Assembly: GCA_002269645.1 (NCBI GenBank)
Contig: NIVC01001471.1
Coordinates: forward strand, 219,523-283,522
Direction: 5' to 3'
DNA from: Macrostomum lignano
Lineage: Eukaryota
DNA length: 64,000 nucleotides
Shown: piece by piece, positions 48,631-60,952 of the stretch
Layout: every line of letters begins with the position of its first letter
Position numbering within the stretch: the stretch's first letter is position 1
Notes under the pieces: model-generated
What the model was told of the DNA's origin: nothing
What the model saw: the letters and a program-made list of their open reading frames with translations, nothing else
The model's database searches: none
Program-made: the position numbers and the translations under genes

Positions 48631-50644
48631 TCAACAGCCGTTTCCAATTTCGCTCAGACGTCTCAGAGCCGCTTCGTCAAAGCCGACGTCGCTCCAGCCG
48701 CGGAGTCGAGCCTCCATCATCGGGGACCGCGCCGGCAGTGGCATCAGCTCCTCAATGGTGTCCACATTCTCAACACGCACATCCGGTGGACATGACTGCC
48801 GTGAATGCGATGCGTCCATTTCCTGCTGACAGCGATAAACCGCTCGATGTAAAAGAAGGAAAAGCAGCTCCAAAAACTCAAAGGCAAACGTCAGCGTAAC
48901 CCGATGGTGAGACTGCCCAGGCCGCCAATCCGACTGACCAGAGCGCTGAGGGTGATCTGCAGCTTCTCCTGCTTTAAAACCGTATTGTAATTGAGTCTGG
49001 AGACCCGAATCAAAGCCATTCGTTCAACCAGTGCCTGTTCCTCCGGGTGTTTTTCCAGTCGCCCGAGGCGCCGATGCTTTCCAGGTTGCAGAATTCCAGC
49101 AGCTTCGGCAAAGCCCAGCGCGCCAGCCGGTCTGAGGCGTTGAGGCTGGCGTGTCGGAGAGCACCGCTCACGAGGCCCATCCAGCGCAGCTGCGACAGTC
49201 GCGGTGCCCAGTTGGCCACAGACAGGTGGCTGTTATAGAAGTACTGCGTGCACGGCTTGCGACACGCGTTCAGGGTAAAATGACGAATTATAGAGCTCAG
49301 ATTCAGGTGCTGGACGCAGGTGTATCGTTTCAGGAACTCTTCCAGCTGGGTCTCGTGATAGTGACCGCAGTAGGGTACCTCTTTGGAGGGCACTTGCGAA
49401 ATGATTTGGAAGGCAGAGACGCAGTTACATATTTCGGTTACACGCTTGCCTAGGAGGTCACTGACGCAAGCTGTCTGCGTATAATTGTAAACGTGGTCGT
49501 GGTCTCTGATCGGCGTCTGCTCCTTCGGGTTGGAGCACTCGCCTTCTGGGTAGTTCTCCTTTTCAACTCGCACCTGCGGCATGAAGGGGACAGGAAGGCT
49601 TGAAAGTGCGACTGTTTTAAATTCCGTAGTTAATATTTTCATTAAAACTCTTATTCCCTACTTCTTCATGAAGCCTTTACGTATAGTCAAATCTCCTGCT
49701 TTTAGGAATACACAATCATGAAGCTTATTTCTCACCGTCTGATAGCGGATCAGCGTGGCGGTGCCCGTTTGCACCGTGAAGCTGTCCGAGTCCACATTCG
49801 GGAACGTTCCGGGCTCGTGAAGCACTACGCGGAAACCCGTAGCCTGATTGAATGCGTTGAACGCTTGCTCCTCCATTTCCCCGAACGATTTGTTAACCGC
49901 GCTGCCTCCATACAGATCAGAGTTGCGAACATTTGACAGAATGAGAGATACTTCGCTGAGTTGCTCAGTAGTACCTAGCATTTTCAGATTATAGCAGGTG
50001 AAGAACTCTGGATGATGGATTCGGGTGAATTTAAACTGGCAGGTTGTTTCCTGAATCTTCGATGGGCTGGCGTTTCCGATGTGGCGGGCGATGCAGAAGG
50101 GCATGAGGTCGGTCAGATGGTGGCTCACTTCATTCAACTCCGTTTCGTTGATTAGCTGAAAGTAGGTTGTCACCCGATCGTTGTGAAACAATTTCGAAGC
50201 GTCGAGGTAGCGCCCCTGCCGCACTAGGCTGCCCATGCCGCGGCGAAGTTCCTGCGACAAGTTGGCTGGGCTGACGATTCTGCCGGAGCGCCAGTGCTCC
50301 CGCGCCGCCGAGGCGAACGGGCTGAGCGAGCACACAGTGAGACTGGGGAACGGAGTCAGGTCGTTGACTCGCTCTTCCACCTGGAAGTTTGTATGAAAAG
50401 ACAAGAACTCGGAGATGAGGTTATGCGAGCAGTACAAGAGGAATGCCGTCATGCTGACTAGATAGAGCAGCCAGTGCAGGCGCAAAACTCGATGTCGGGT
50501 TGCGTAGCACTTTCGCACGCCTCTCAGCGTAGTATTTTCGACGAATGTCTTCAAAGCAAAGTGTAACCATTTTGTCTGTGCGACTGGCGCAACAGCTTGC
50601 AGGGGGCTTTGATCGGGATTTTGAGCAGCGCCTGAAGCGGACAT
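48631..50644 (-). CDS. DEG/ENaC (amiloride-sensitive channel family) subunit; two frameshifts (pseudogene or assembly error)
   Basis: Exon 50644..49736, 162-nt intron, exon from 49573. FVENTTLRG, TM1, FPSLTVCS, GFRVVLHEPG and Cys-rich thumb present; TM2 SRIGGLGSLTIG-TLTFAFEFLEL is reached only via single-base shifts near ~49070 and ~48895. Confidence 0.8.
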
Positions 50645-51307
50645 TGTAGCATACGAGCCGTACTAGATTTGTTCCTTTTCGATTTTTCAAACTTGGCTTA
50701 GAAAAATTTCCACATTGTCTGTACAGAGGGGATTTTATAGAGCGCTTCATATCAGATGTTTGTATTCTCATGGGGATGGGACTGGCACCAGGAAAGAGAC
50801 AAACCGAACGAAGTAAAAAATTCACACACCGTGACGCGTCGTAACTCGATAAGCCGAAAAAAGTTTTCTGCGTGGAAACTTTACGACTCAACCGTCAGTC
50901 CTTTCGAAAGCTTCGCAGCTGCTTCGGCTTTCAAAATACTCAAAATATAAAAACTATCAACGACACGAAATTCTGCGTATTGCAGAGTCGAATTATTTGT
51001 GTCGTGTTGAATTATGGGTCAATAATTGTTTCATCTTCGAGTCGAAAAATGTACAAGGATGTAATATTAAAGCATCTGAGCATTCAGATGTCGAACTCAA
51101 GGCTAAAGCACTGTTAAACTTGTCCGCGTTTATGATTAGCTTGATTATAAAATATGCACCGCAGCTCAAAAGAATTTTGTAATTTTTCGAGAGCAGGAGA
51201 GAATGAAAATAGACAGAGAGCAGATCTGCTTTAACGTCTGGATCCTCAGAAACATGTCTACATCATTTTTCCTCCAATTTTTCATCGACTGTCCACAGAG
51301 GTCTCTT

Positions 51308-53682
51308 TCAACTGTCGGTCTTGGCAACCTTGTGGACGCGCACCTGATACCCGTTGCTATCGGCAACCACCAACCAGTCCCAGCGACCGCTGGCGCCGCC
51401 CTCCCACAGGTCCAGGCACATCGGACTGCCTGCAGCTTGACTGTCGTTCCCGATCTGCGCCTCGCCAGCATCGCTGCCAACTGTCTGAGCTCTGCTCTTC
51501 CGTTGCTCCATAATCTTTCCGTCTCCAACGTCTCCATCAAAGCCGACCTCAAACACTCGCAGGCAGCGACGACCATCTGCGTCCAGCAGGCGGATGACGC
51601 GGCTGGCCACGTCGGCAATGTACAATCGACCACGTTGGTCAGTCAACACGTCGTAGGGACTCTGGAATGCAACCGCGTCGCCGTCGCCTCCGGTCAGGGT
51701 GGCCACAACCCGGCCGGTGTCAACGTCCAGCCGACGGATGGCTCGACCTGCCCAGTCGGTGATCAGCAGGCGACGCCCGTGTCGACACCAGGCGAGACTC
51801 TCCGTGAAGAAGGCGGCGCTGTAGCATCCGGACACATCCAGAGAGGCCAAAACCGGCCACGGTGGCTGGCGGCTGACAATTGCAACCTTCTGCTCAGCGT
51901 AGCTCAAAGCGTAGAACCTCTGGCTGCCGGGCGGCACAGACAGTCCGGTTAGACGCGATCGCGGCGGCAGGCCGAGCGCTTGAGGAGTCAGACGACGTCG
52001 GAGCCGGCCAGTCAGGTCGAGGATGAACAGACCGGCCCGACCCTGAGTCAGGTAGAGCAGCTGATGGCCCGAGTCACAGCGTAGGCTGTGCACCTGAAAA
52101 GGTATACTCTTATTGTATGACCACTGCTACAACTACTAATCTATTAACATCTACCGTTTCCGAACCAGGGACAAGGACTTTTAATTTCGCGCTTGTAAAC
52201 AGGGTTTGTTGCGCAATTCAAGTTAATAATGACCAACCCCCAAGGCTGTCGATAAGAATGTTACGGCCTCCGTACATGTGTGTGTATCTACGTGGGGTTA
52301 GCGGAATGGATAGGACTGCTTGCACCCCTCAGTCGACTGTAACCATCGATTTGTGGCGGTTTCCAAAGCCTACTCGCAAAACTAACTACATGCGGCCTAA
52401 TTCAAACCAATGTTAAAATTTAGGACCTATAATGTACCTATGGTTGAGTTCACTCAATCGGAACAGTCTTAATCAACTCACCGGTGAGCTCCACCGAAGT
52501 GGCGGTGTCAGACGGCCAATCGGCGTGTCGCTGCTCCCGCCCTTCATCGCCAACAGCGCCAGATGGTCCGGTTGATCATCCGCGTGGAACGCCACCACGA
52601 GACATACCGGAGCCAGACGTCGCCAGCTGCCTCCGGCTCCAGTCGGGGTTGAACGAGACCGGGTCACCAGGCCTTCGTCTGTGTTGCTACCGCTTGAGCA
52701 GACCCAGTGACTGGCCGTGTTGTCGCAGATGGCCACCCGCCAGATGCGGCCGCCGCCAGTGACCGGGCCGAGTGTCTTGACGGGCTCCGCACTCAGCTGG
52801 AGGAGACCGTCGGTCAGCGCCTTGTGAGCAGCGCGCGTCCCCGCCAGGCTTTCGGCTGCGCGGAGTGACTCGGCCTCGCGAGACGGGGTTTCGCATTCGG
52901 TCAGATAGACTACAGAGTCGCTGATCTGCGTGGGGCATGGGGCTAAGTTTGTTAGTTAGCTGAAGGGGATTGGGCTGCTAATCAAGGTGAGAAGCGACAC
53001 ACAGTCATGGCCATTCCGCTGAACCCGAGTATGCACACGTGTACATGGATACGCACTCGCATCTTACATTGGTACTGAGGTACTTTGGCGGGAAATTCGG
53101 ACGTGTTACAGCTGAGATACTCTGCTTTGTGTGATTCATGAGTTCCCAGCGAGAATGATATCGGAGTACTCGTATATTCCATTTCTATTGCTTCCCAGAA
53201 AAGACGAGGAATAGACTCGACTACCCTTGACTCCAGATCCTCACCTGGTCGACAAGTTGAAACACGTGCCGCCAGTTGCCCGCATCAGCTGCTCGATTCG
53301 CTGTCTCCGAGAACTGCACTACCCCCTCAAGTGCTCGAATTCGCCCAGTCAGCTGGTCGAGCTCCCGCTTAGCTGCGTCGCAGATTCTACGTCGCCAGTA
53401 CTGCTGCTGAGCCTTCAACAGGCGGAACTGCTGCTCAAGCTCAATCTGATCGGCTTCCTGACGGCTCAAGCATCGCCGAAGCTCCGGATAATTTTCCGTA
53501 GCCTCCGCCAGAGCTTTCAGAGCGGCTAGGCCAAGAGCTCGAACTCGGCGCTGCTCGCGATGCAGATGGCCGCGGCAGAGCGGCTGACCCGAGTGAGGGC
53601 AGACTCCGACCGACGGCGCGACCTCGCACAGGGCCACGCTGCATGCGGCCGGTGGCGAGCATGTCGAGTCAAGAAAGCCCAA
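51308..53682 (-). CDS. B-box-like + coiled-coil + NHL beta-propeller protein (TRIM-NHL-like, no RING seen), paralog 1
   Basis: Exons 53682..53245, 52925..52482, 52093..51308 (phase-0 GT-AG introns). NHL motifs FQSPYDVLTDQRGRLYIAD, LLITDW, LVVADSNG. Start codon not identified (the ORF begins at TTG after an AG), so an upstream exon is likely. Confidence 0.75.
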
Positions 53683-54181
53683 CTAACTAACAGGTTAACC
53701 TTTGCTGTCTTCTGCTTGTACGAGTTGGTGACTTACTAGATTCTCAAAAAATATCGTAGCGCTATCGCTAACCATTATTTAAAGCCTAGCACACTGTATT
53801 ACACAGATAACAGCTCGCACTGCCTTGGATACACAGCTCTTTTAGTAGGGGAGAGTTGAAAAGGTTTTTCTGTACGCTGTAACCATTTTATCAGGTGCGC
53901 ATTTTCCAGATTTCGTGAACGCACATAGATCCAATGCAATGGATTGAACTTACTTTCGGCTGGATGCCTTTCTCCAATCGGGTTTAGAATGAGCTCACGA
54001 AGTCAACAATACTTTATTCGACCTTTATTATTGCTAATATGCACAGTTTATTACCGCTAATAACTCTCATGATGTTGATACAACTGGTACCGAAAATATG
54101 CGTAGGCACATCATGAACTGAGAAAAGTGTAGCATGCATATAAAAATTGTATTTTACTGTCGAACAGCATGATAGTCACAT

Positions 54182-56775
54182 TTATCTTCTAGCCCAATCA
54201 CTCCTCAGTAGAGCTGAAACTCTTTCACAGCCTGGTTGCGCCAGTCGGCCGTACAGCAGCCGCTGACCGGACAGCGGATCCGGTTCGAGCAGCCCGACGC
54301 CCTGCGGACCGTCGAATTGTCCTTCGCCGCCGCCCGGTTGGCCGTCAATGCCCAGCACGTGCACCGTGCTGCCATCGGCCAGGAACAGCTGCACAGTCTG
54401 GCCCCAGCTGTCGCTGACGCAAACAACGCCTCGACTATCTACGGCCAAACCCGTCGGCCGCTGTAGCTGCGGACTGTCAGCCGCGCCAGCCGTTGGGTAG
54501 GACGCGATGAGGCGTCCAGTGAGGCTGCACACTTTGTGCACGGATCGGCCGCCTTTATCGGCCACCAGCACCCGGCTGCCGCTTATCGCCAGGCCGCCCA
54601 TCCACGGCCTGCCGGTGAAGAAGTTGCCGAGATCGAAGTCCGCCGACACGCTGTAGTCGGATTTGTCGATGCCGAGCAGCCGCTTCTCTTTTCCATCGAG
54701 CAGGAAGAGCTGATCGCGGCCGGAGACTACCGCCGAGGCGGCACCGAGCTTGTGCTCGAGGCTGTTGGCGTTGATCTTGTGCAATACGTTGCCGCTCAGG
54801 CTGACTACGGTGCAGCCATCTTCACCCTGCGAGATGTACAACCGCTGAGCGGAGCTGTCACAGTGCAGGTCGCTGATCGGAAGGCTCCAGTCAATCTCAG
54901 CGTCCAGCCGATGCCGCTGACCACTTGGGAGTTCGATAACTAGCAGGTGATGCGAACGCTCGTTCAGATCGTAGGAAACAAACAGGCAGGCAGGCCCGAG
55001 AGGTCGCTGAGCCTCTGAGGCGCCCTTGGCAACCAGACGGCTGCCACCTGCTGCCGAGCAGTGAAAGCCGGCAGTGTTTGAACAGACAGCCAAGCATTCG
55101 ATCTCGCCTCCAAGGTTACGCAGGGTGCGGCGCAACTCTACGGGCGGTGCGGATGCCGGTCTGTCACCTGTGGGGCCGGTGGAGAAGTTTTTTAGACTTT
55201 TTTAGACTTTTTAGACGAATATACTTTTTTGCGATTGAATTCGTCCAAACTGCAAAACCTTTCGTCCACAAATGCTTTCTTAATGGGAGCTAAATTTAGA
55301 TCATACCAAAGACAACTGTGTTTACGCGAAAAGGTTCGTCCAGTTTGTAAAACATTTCGTCCCCTAGACTAGAGACCGAGTGTACTGTTCCTACCATAGT
55401 TAACACCCAATTGACAGTTTTGCTACCACTACAGCTACAGCAACGCATATCTTCCATTCTGAACCCGGCAAAACAGTCGAAGATGAACCGAGGCCCCTAC
55501 CATCCAGTGTCAAACGAAGACCGCAGGCGATTAGCCTTGGCTGTTGAAGAAGGCCGCGATTGGAAACAACTGGCCGATATCGTTGGGATCAAGAGAAAGA
55601 CAGCCAAAACGATTGTCGACACCTGCGTTCAAACCAAGCGCATTGAGAAGCTTCCAGCTGTTTGGACGAAGGGTTTAGACGAAATGTTTTACAAACTGGA
55701 TGAACCGTTTTGCGTGAACACAGTTGTCTATGGTATAATCTAAATTTAGCTCCCATTAAGAAAGCGTTAGTGGACGAAAGGTTTTGCAGTTTGGACGAAT
55801 TCAATAGCAAAAAAGTATAGTTCAGTCTTAAGTCAAATATGCTGCTGTTATGATCAACCTTCGAATTTCTGTATCTTTTAGCTAGTCGGCAATAATGTTA
55901 ATGGTGTCTGCTTTGCCGAGTGATTCGATAGAAAGCCGCTGCCTGTCCCCTCCCCAAATGCAGAGTGTCGCTAAAAGAGGAGATCCTGTAAAAGTATTTA
56001 GGGGGCATAGCAATGTTCCTCGCATGCCATAAAATCCGTGCTGACATTACGTCCCAGCCCCAAAGTACCACAGAATCGAGCAAAGACGTACTGTCAGTGC
56101 CGATGTTTTCTTAGAAGCTGTTTGTTCCATTGATACTATCGCTTAGTTCACAATTAGTGACCCACCCGCCAACGGAGACATCTGCCTGTCCAGCAGGTAT
56201 CTGGCGTTCCTGACAGCCGAGCAAATGTCCGTCAAGTTGCCCCGATCGGCCATGAAGCCGCCGCCTTCGCCGGACTCGCCAGATCCGTCGCTCGGATTGA
56301 GAAGCTCCAGCGTCGGCTCCACCTGGGCCGCCAGCTCATACACTCGGCGGTAGTCGCCAGAACGGTCGGCGGCGCGGATGGCCTCAGCGTAGCCAACTAC
56401 ATGCTTGCAGGCGGCGATTTTGCTGCTGAGCGACTCGTAGCGACCCCTGGCTGAGTCAACGATGTCAACGCGCCAGGCGTCGAGCTCGGCCTCAAGCGAG
56501 TCGAACACTACCTCCAGTTCACGCACGTCGCTGGCCATTCGCTGGCGTCGCGGCTCGAAGTCCCCCAGTCCGGCTCGAAGTGCAGCGATTCTCGCCTCGG
56601 TATCGACTCGAAGCAGGCGAACTCGTTCAACATCGGCCGCCAAGTGGCCGGAGCAGAGGCTCAGGTTTGAGCGAGGTCCCCGGCCGACGCTGGTCTCGTT
56701 GCAGAGCATGATCTCGCATTTTCCTGTCGTTGCTTCGCCCGCAGCGCTGCCGGGTCGGCTTGATGAGCTAGCCAT
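54182..56775 (-). CDS. B-box-like + coiled-coil + NHL beta-propeller protein, paralog 2
   Basis: Exons 56775..56166 and 55167..54182 (phase-1 intron). NHL motifs LQRPTGLAVDSRGVVCVSD, GQFDGPQGV. Probable frameshift in the last blade (YVADWRNQAVKEF in the alternative frame). Confidence 0.8.
55222..55817 (+). mobile_element. Non-autonomous Tc1/IS630-type element in intron of NHL paralog 2
   Basis: ~150-bp TIRs, TA flanks (55220-21, 55818-19), internal HTH remnant YHPVSNEDRRRLALAVEEGRDWKQLADIVGIKRKTA. Confidence 0.8.
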
Positions 56776-58989
56776 TTTTGAAGGGGGCCCAACTGAGTGA
56801 GCCGGGTGTTCTGGCTGGGCTTCTTGTGGCAGAGCGCATTAAACCTTGCCCGGTAATACTGATAAGATAAGCAGCTACAGTCTCTCCACCACGCTCCGTC
56901 CCCCTTTTCACTATGCTCCTTTCTGTCACTTGTTTCAGCAGAAATTTATGACACTGAACTTGAAAGCAAATGCCTACATACTTTTTAAATTAATGAAGCT
57001 GGATTTAACAGGGTAATTTATTGGTTTATACAGTTGGTTAAGTTTGAAGCATAGTCTTGTACCGTAGTCCCTGGGTTCGATTCCGAATTAATTTTAGGTT
57101 CGTGCCCATGATTACACCGATAATGGCCACGCCAAACACAAGCCACAGATTGTGTAAATGCCTGACAACGACCGAGAAGTCAGAGTCGAGAAGGCAGAAA
57201 GAGCATAACTGTCTCTTTGATTTGCGGATTTTTACATATTTGAGCCCCCGGCCTAGCATGTTCACCTACTGAAGCAGCATTAACAGTTTTATTACCCTGC
57301 CAGCCCTACAATAGCGCTATCCGCTGAGCCAGAGCTACTACTAAAAAAGTAAACTGCAGTGTAAAAACAGTGCAGTGTAGCTTCATGGCTAGACTTATCG
57401 ACCTTGGGTTCAGGATGAGTTAAGTTAAGTAAATTTTACCCTACAATTTTAACAAACTGAAACCTCTCGTACTAGTGACAAACTCTGCTTCAATTTCGGC
57501 AATCAATAGCAGGACATGACGAAAATACTATCAATTTTGACGAACCAGTCAGACAGTCAATTTTAACTCTGAACGGCGATGCAGCATTGTTACGAGTATC
57601 GAAAACGTTAGCAGTCACAATGACGCTGAAGACTTCGAACTTCCAGGTCTGATCGAGATCAACCGACTGGCAGTCTACGGCCCATATTCTTGACACCTAT
57701 AGATAACGCTATCTCTTGCTGGAAGGCAGCTCTGAAGCCTGGATCCAAGTTTGACTTCATCCAGCCCATGTTGTATTACAATTCAACTTATATTGGAACT
57801 AGTCTTAAATTCAAAGTCTATTAATTGGTGTTTCAAGAACAGCTTTAAACGAAGAAATAGGACGAATGCATTATGCGTTAACTTTGAACCAACATCCAGC
57901 AGACATTGAGCTCCTTCTGTTTGACTTACGGTCCGTTCAAATTTAATTTAGACTGTCTGATGTAGAAGTGGTAATAGATTGTCGCTATTGAGCGAAGTTT
58001 TTCACCATAAGAAAACTTAAAGGTACAACCAAAGATTAATGAAGCCGCGAAGTGTAGAGTGCCAATCTGGGGTAAAACTTGAAGCAGGTTTTCGAATTTC
58101 GCCCACTCGTATCAACCAAGGTCACCAGCTTATACGAGTCCTCAGCCGTTTGCGGCCTAATAAAGTACTTCTCCCCCTGTATCTGTTGCAAATAGTCTAT
58201 AGTCAAAGGCTTCTAGGTTGTAATCTGAGTTCCGGCCTGTTGTACACAGAGTAGGCGTATAATAATTACAAAGTCGCTATTCAAAAGGCGCAAATCGAGC
58301 CGAAGGCTACGCGACTCTACGAGTGCATCCGCATACCAGAAAAGATCCCGGTTTGTACAAATCGGAAGTACAGAGTCTAAATTCCTTTTCGGTGGGGGAG
58401 TTTTGAAACCAAAAGCTATGAAGCGATCTACTTGGAGATTACTATGAATATTATTACATCATTACGACTTTGTCCGCATCTCGTACTGAGTCTGTAGGGT
58501 CGCGAGCACTCATGTTTAGAATTGGAACTTTTTTGTTTTAGAACTAATTTCAGTCAGAGTCCATGGCAGCAGCGACAGCAGCCACTATTTTTCCATTGAC
58601 TGGGCCCGCAGCTTTTCCGTCCATGGAGGTCGCATGCTTCATAGGGGCTAAAAGCACAAGTGCCATCATTTTGAAAAAAAAACTATCGAATGAAATGAAT
58701 TGGCATTGCCCCATTGTTCCACTTTAGCATTCCTCTCAGGCTTAAGTTGCGATAAATTTCTCAGAAATTCTATCCGCTCGTAAAAAGTTTAAAAAATGTT
58801 GGAGAGCGCGACAATGCTTGAAGTGCAGTTGCATTTTCAGCATAAAACAAATCTAACGAATTCCGAGACATTATTTTCATTCTCCGGGATTTCATCTGGT
58901 AATATTCTGTAGTATAGCGGAAAATCGTGATCTCGATGTTTTATGAGATGAAAAATACCTTTATCGGGATATATAACTTCGGCCCTCGG

Positions 58990-59248
58990 GATTTATTCCC
59001 ACTTGGTCCCGGCCTTAGACTACAGTATCTAGATAACTATTTATTCCCCACTTGGTCCCGGCCATAGACTACAGAAATGTATTTATTCCCCACTTGGTCC
59101 CGGCCATAGACTACAGAAATGTACTTATTCCCCACTTGGTCCCGGCCATAGACTACAGAAATGTATTTATTCCCCACTTGGTCCCGGCCATAGACTACAG
59201 AAATGTACTTATTCCCCACTTGGTCCCGGCCATAGACTACAGAAATGT
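58990..59248 (+). repeat. 42-bp tandem repeat, ~6 copies
   Basis: Unit tttattccccacttggtcccggccatagactacagaaatgta. Confidence 0.95.
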
Positions 59249-59887
59249 TTTTGGCTCGTATTGGGAGTTTTATTGCAAAAGGCCAAATACATGTAAATGC
59301 GTACGATTAAGATTAAGAGATTAAGATACGGTTAAGAATGAATCTCTAATTTTTACAAAGCTATAAAAAAGTCAATGCAGAAGTGAGACATAGTCAATGC
59401 AGAAGCTATACAAACAGATAAACTTACATTCGATCTGACTAAAACAAAAACTATGGCTACTTTTGTGTGAAAAATTCAATTTTCCTCTACCCGCAGTGTG
59501 CTTTTTTTCCAGAAAAAAATCTACCCCTCCCTCAAATGTCCTACTAAGTTGTCCTTGATTGTATCAATGAAAACTTTCGCTTTTACTATTCATTGTTACG
59601 AGCTAAAATCCCCTTCGTATGTTACCCGACTGGGACAATAGTAAAACGTTGTGCCTACTGCAGCCTATTCTCACTGGACAGCGGCAAATGGTCAGTTGAA
59701 ATCTCTTGCCCCTATATGAGATCATCATCAGCACCCACCGGGTTGCCAATCGTGAGTACGGATGAATGGCTAATGAGAATCTCCTCATTTTTAAAAATTA
59801 GATAGAAGATCACTGGTGATACTTCGCGGCAGAATTGCTCTCTACGTAACCGTAGTGTATCAGGGAGCAGAGTAGCTGTAGTATTCC

Positions 59888-60952
59888 ATGGTGAAAATAG
59901 CGCAATTGCGCAAGGGGCTGCTCAGGTGCAGCTTGTGCTTACTTGTTAGCCTAACAATTTTCTACTGTTTATTCGAACGCAATTCCGTGCATTCGGTCAA
60001 CATCGAAGCGCCGACCCTCCCAGATGAGGAGGTTGCATCCGCACTGAACCGCCTGCGCAGCGGTGGCGTCCCCTGCAGCCAAGTCCAGAACATGTTCTTT
60101 GACCGCATACCGCCTGTGATCCACTGGACCAACAGGGACGACCAAGTGCTGGCCAAGCATTGCAACCTGGTTTTGTCCTGGCCGGCTCATCTGGCCGAAT
60201 CAGCCGCCTACATGCTGTGGGACGATGCCAAAATTGAGCATCTATTGATGCGTCACTATCCCGAACTCTGGAAGCGCTACAAGCACCTAGGCGCAGGCAT
60301 ATTGCGCTCCGATCTGGGCCGACTGGCTATCGTTCACCATGTCGGCGGGGTCTACACGGACTTGGACGTGAAGTTGCTGCGCGATTTCTTGCCGTTATTG
60401 AAAAACCACTCGTCCCTATGGTCGCAGGAGCCGTGGGAGCACGCGAACTATTTGTACGGCCGGAGAGAGATGCTGAGCAATGCGCTTTTTATGAGCCGAG
60501 CGAAGGACCCATTTTTAGAGTACGTGTTGCGCGCCTGGCCCGACTGGTTCGACCGCACTTGGCTTCGCAAACCGGGGAACCACTTGGCCAACTCGTTGTC
60601 AGCCGTGGCAATGACCGGGCCGGTCATGCTGAACCACTTCATGGACGAATACAGGCGGATTCACGGCAACAGCACACCGACATTGGCCAAGCCGGATGCG
60701 TTTCAGCCCTGGTGGGACGCAACCTCGATACCGCTCTTTCTTAGAAAAGACTGCGTCTTTACAGCTGTCATGAAACCGAAAGAGCGGCAGCGTTGCTTGG
60801 AGACGCGCGGCGCCAAGTTCGTTGCACGAAGCATTCCGGCCGACTCTTATGCTATTCACCTTTACTTGCACACCGGCTACGGAGCTCCCTTGAACTATTC
60901 CGGAGCTAAAAAATTCAAATTGCTGCTAAATGCGAGTTCTTGCATAGTGTAG
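59888..60952 (+). CDS. Intronless type II membrane DXD glycosyltransferase (GT32 / Gly_transf_sug-like), 354 aa
   Basis: N-terminal TM anchor; IPPVIHWT; YMLWDD; RSDLGRLAIVHHVGGVYTDLDV (DXD); TGPVML. Confidence 0.85.
   Translation: MVKIAQLRKGLLRCSLCLLVSLTIFYCLFERNSVHSVNIEAPTLPDEEVASALNRLRSGGVPCSQVQNMFFDRIPPVIHWTNRDDQVLAKHCNLVLSWPAHLAESAAYMLWDDAKIEHLLMRHYPELWKRYKHLGAGILRSDLGRLAIVHHVGGVYTDLDVKLLRDFLPLLKNHSSLWSQEPWEHANYLYGRREMLSNALFMSRAKDPFLEYVLRAWPDWFDRTWLRKPGNHLANSLSAVAMTGPVMLNHFMDEYRRIHGNSTPTLAKPDAFQPWWDATSIPLFLRKDCVFTAVMKPKERQRCLETRGAKFVARSIPADSYAIHLYLHTGYGAPLNYSGAKKFKLLLNASSCIV

Noticed and set aside
51203-51952. 249-aa plus-strand ORF and similar antisense ORFs over lectin, ENaC and NHL exons
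   Set aside because: Shadow ORFs caused by GC-rich codon usage of the genes on the opposite strand.
58040-58260. Possible transposase remnant (YEWAKFENLLQVLPQI, minus strand)
   Set aside because: Too short and interrupted to assign to a family without a search.
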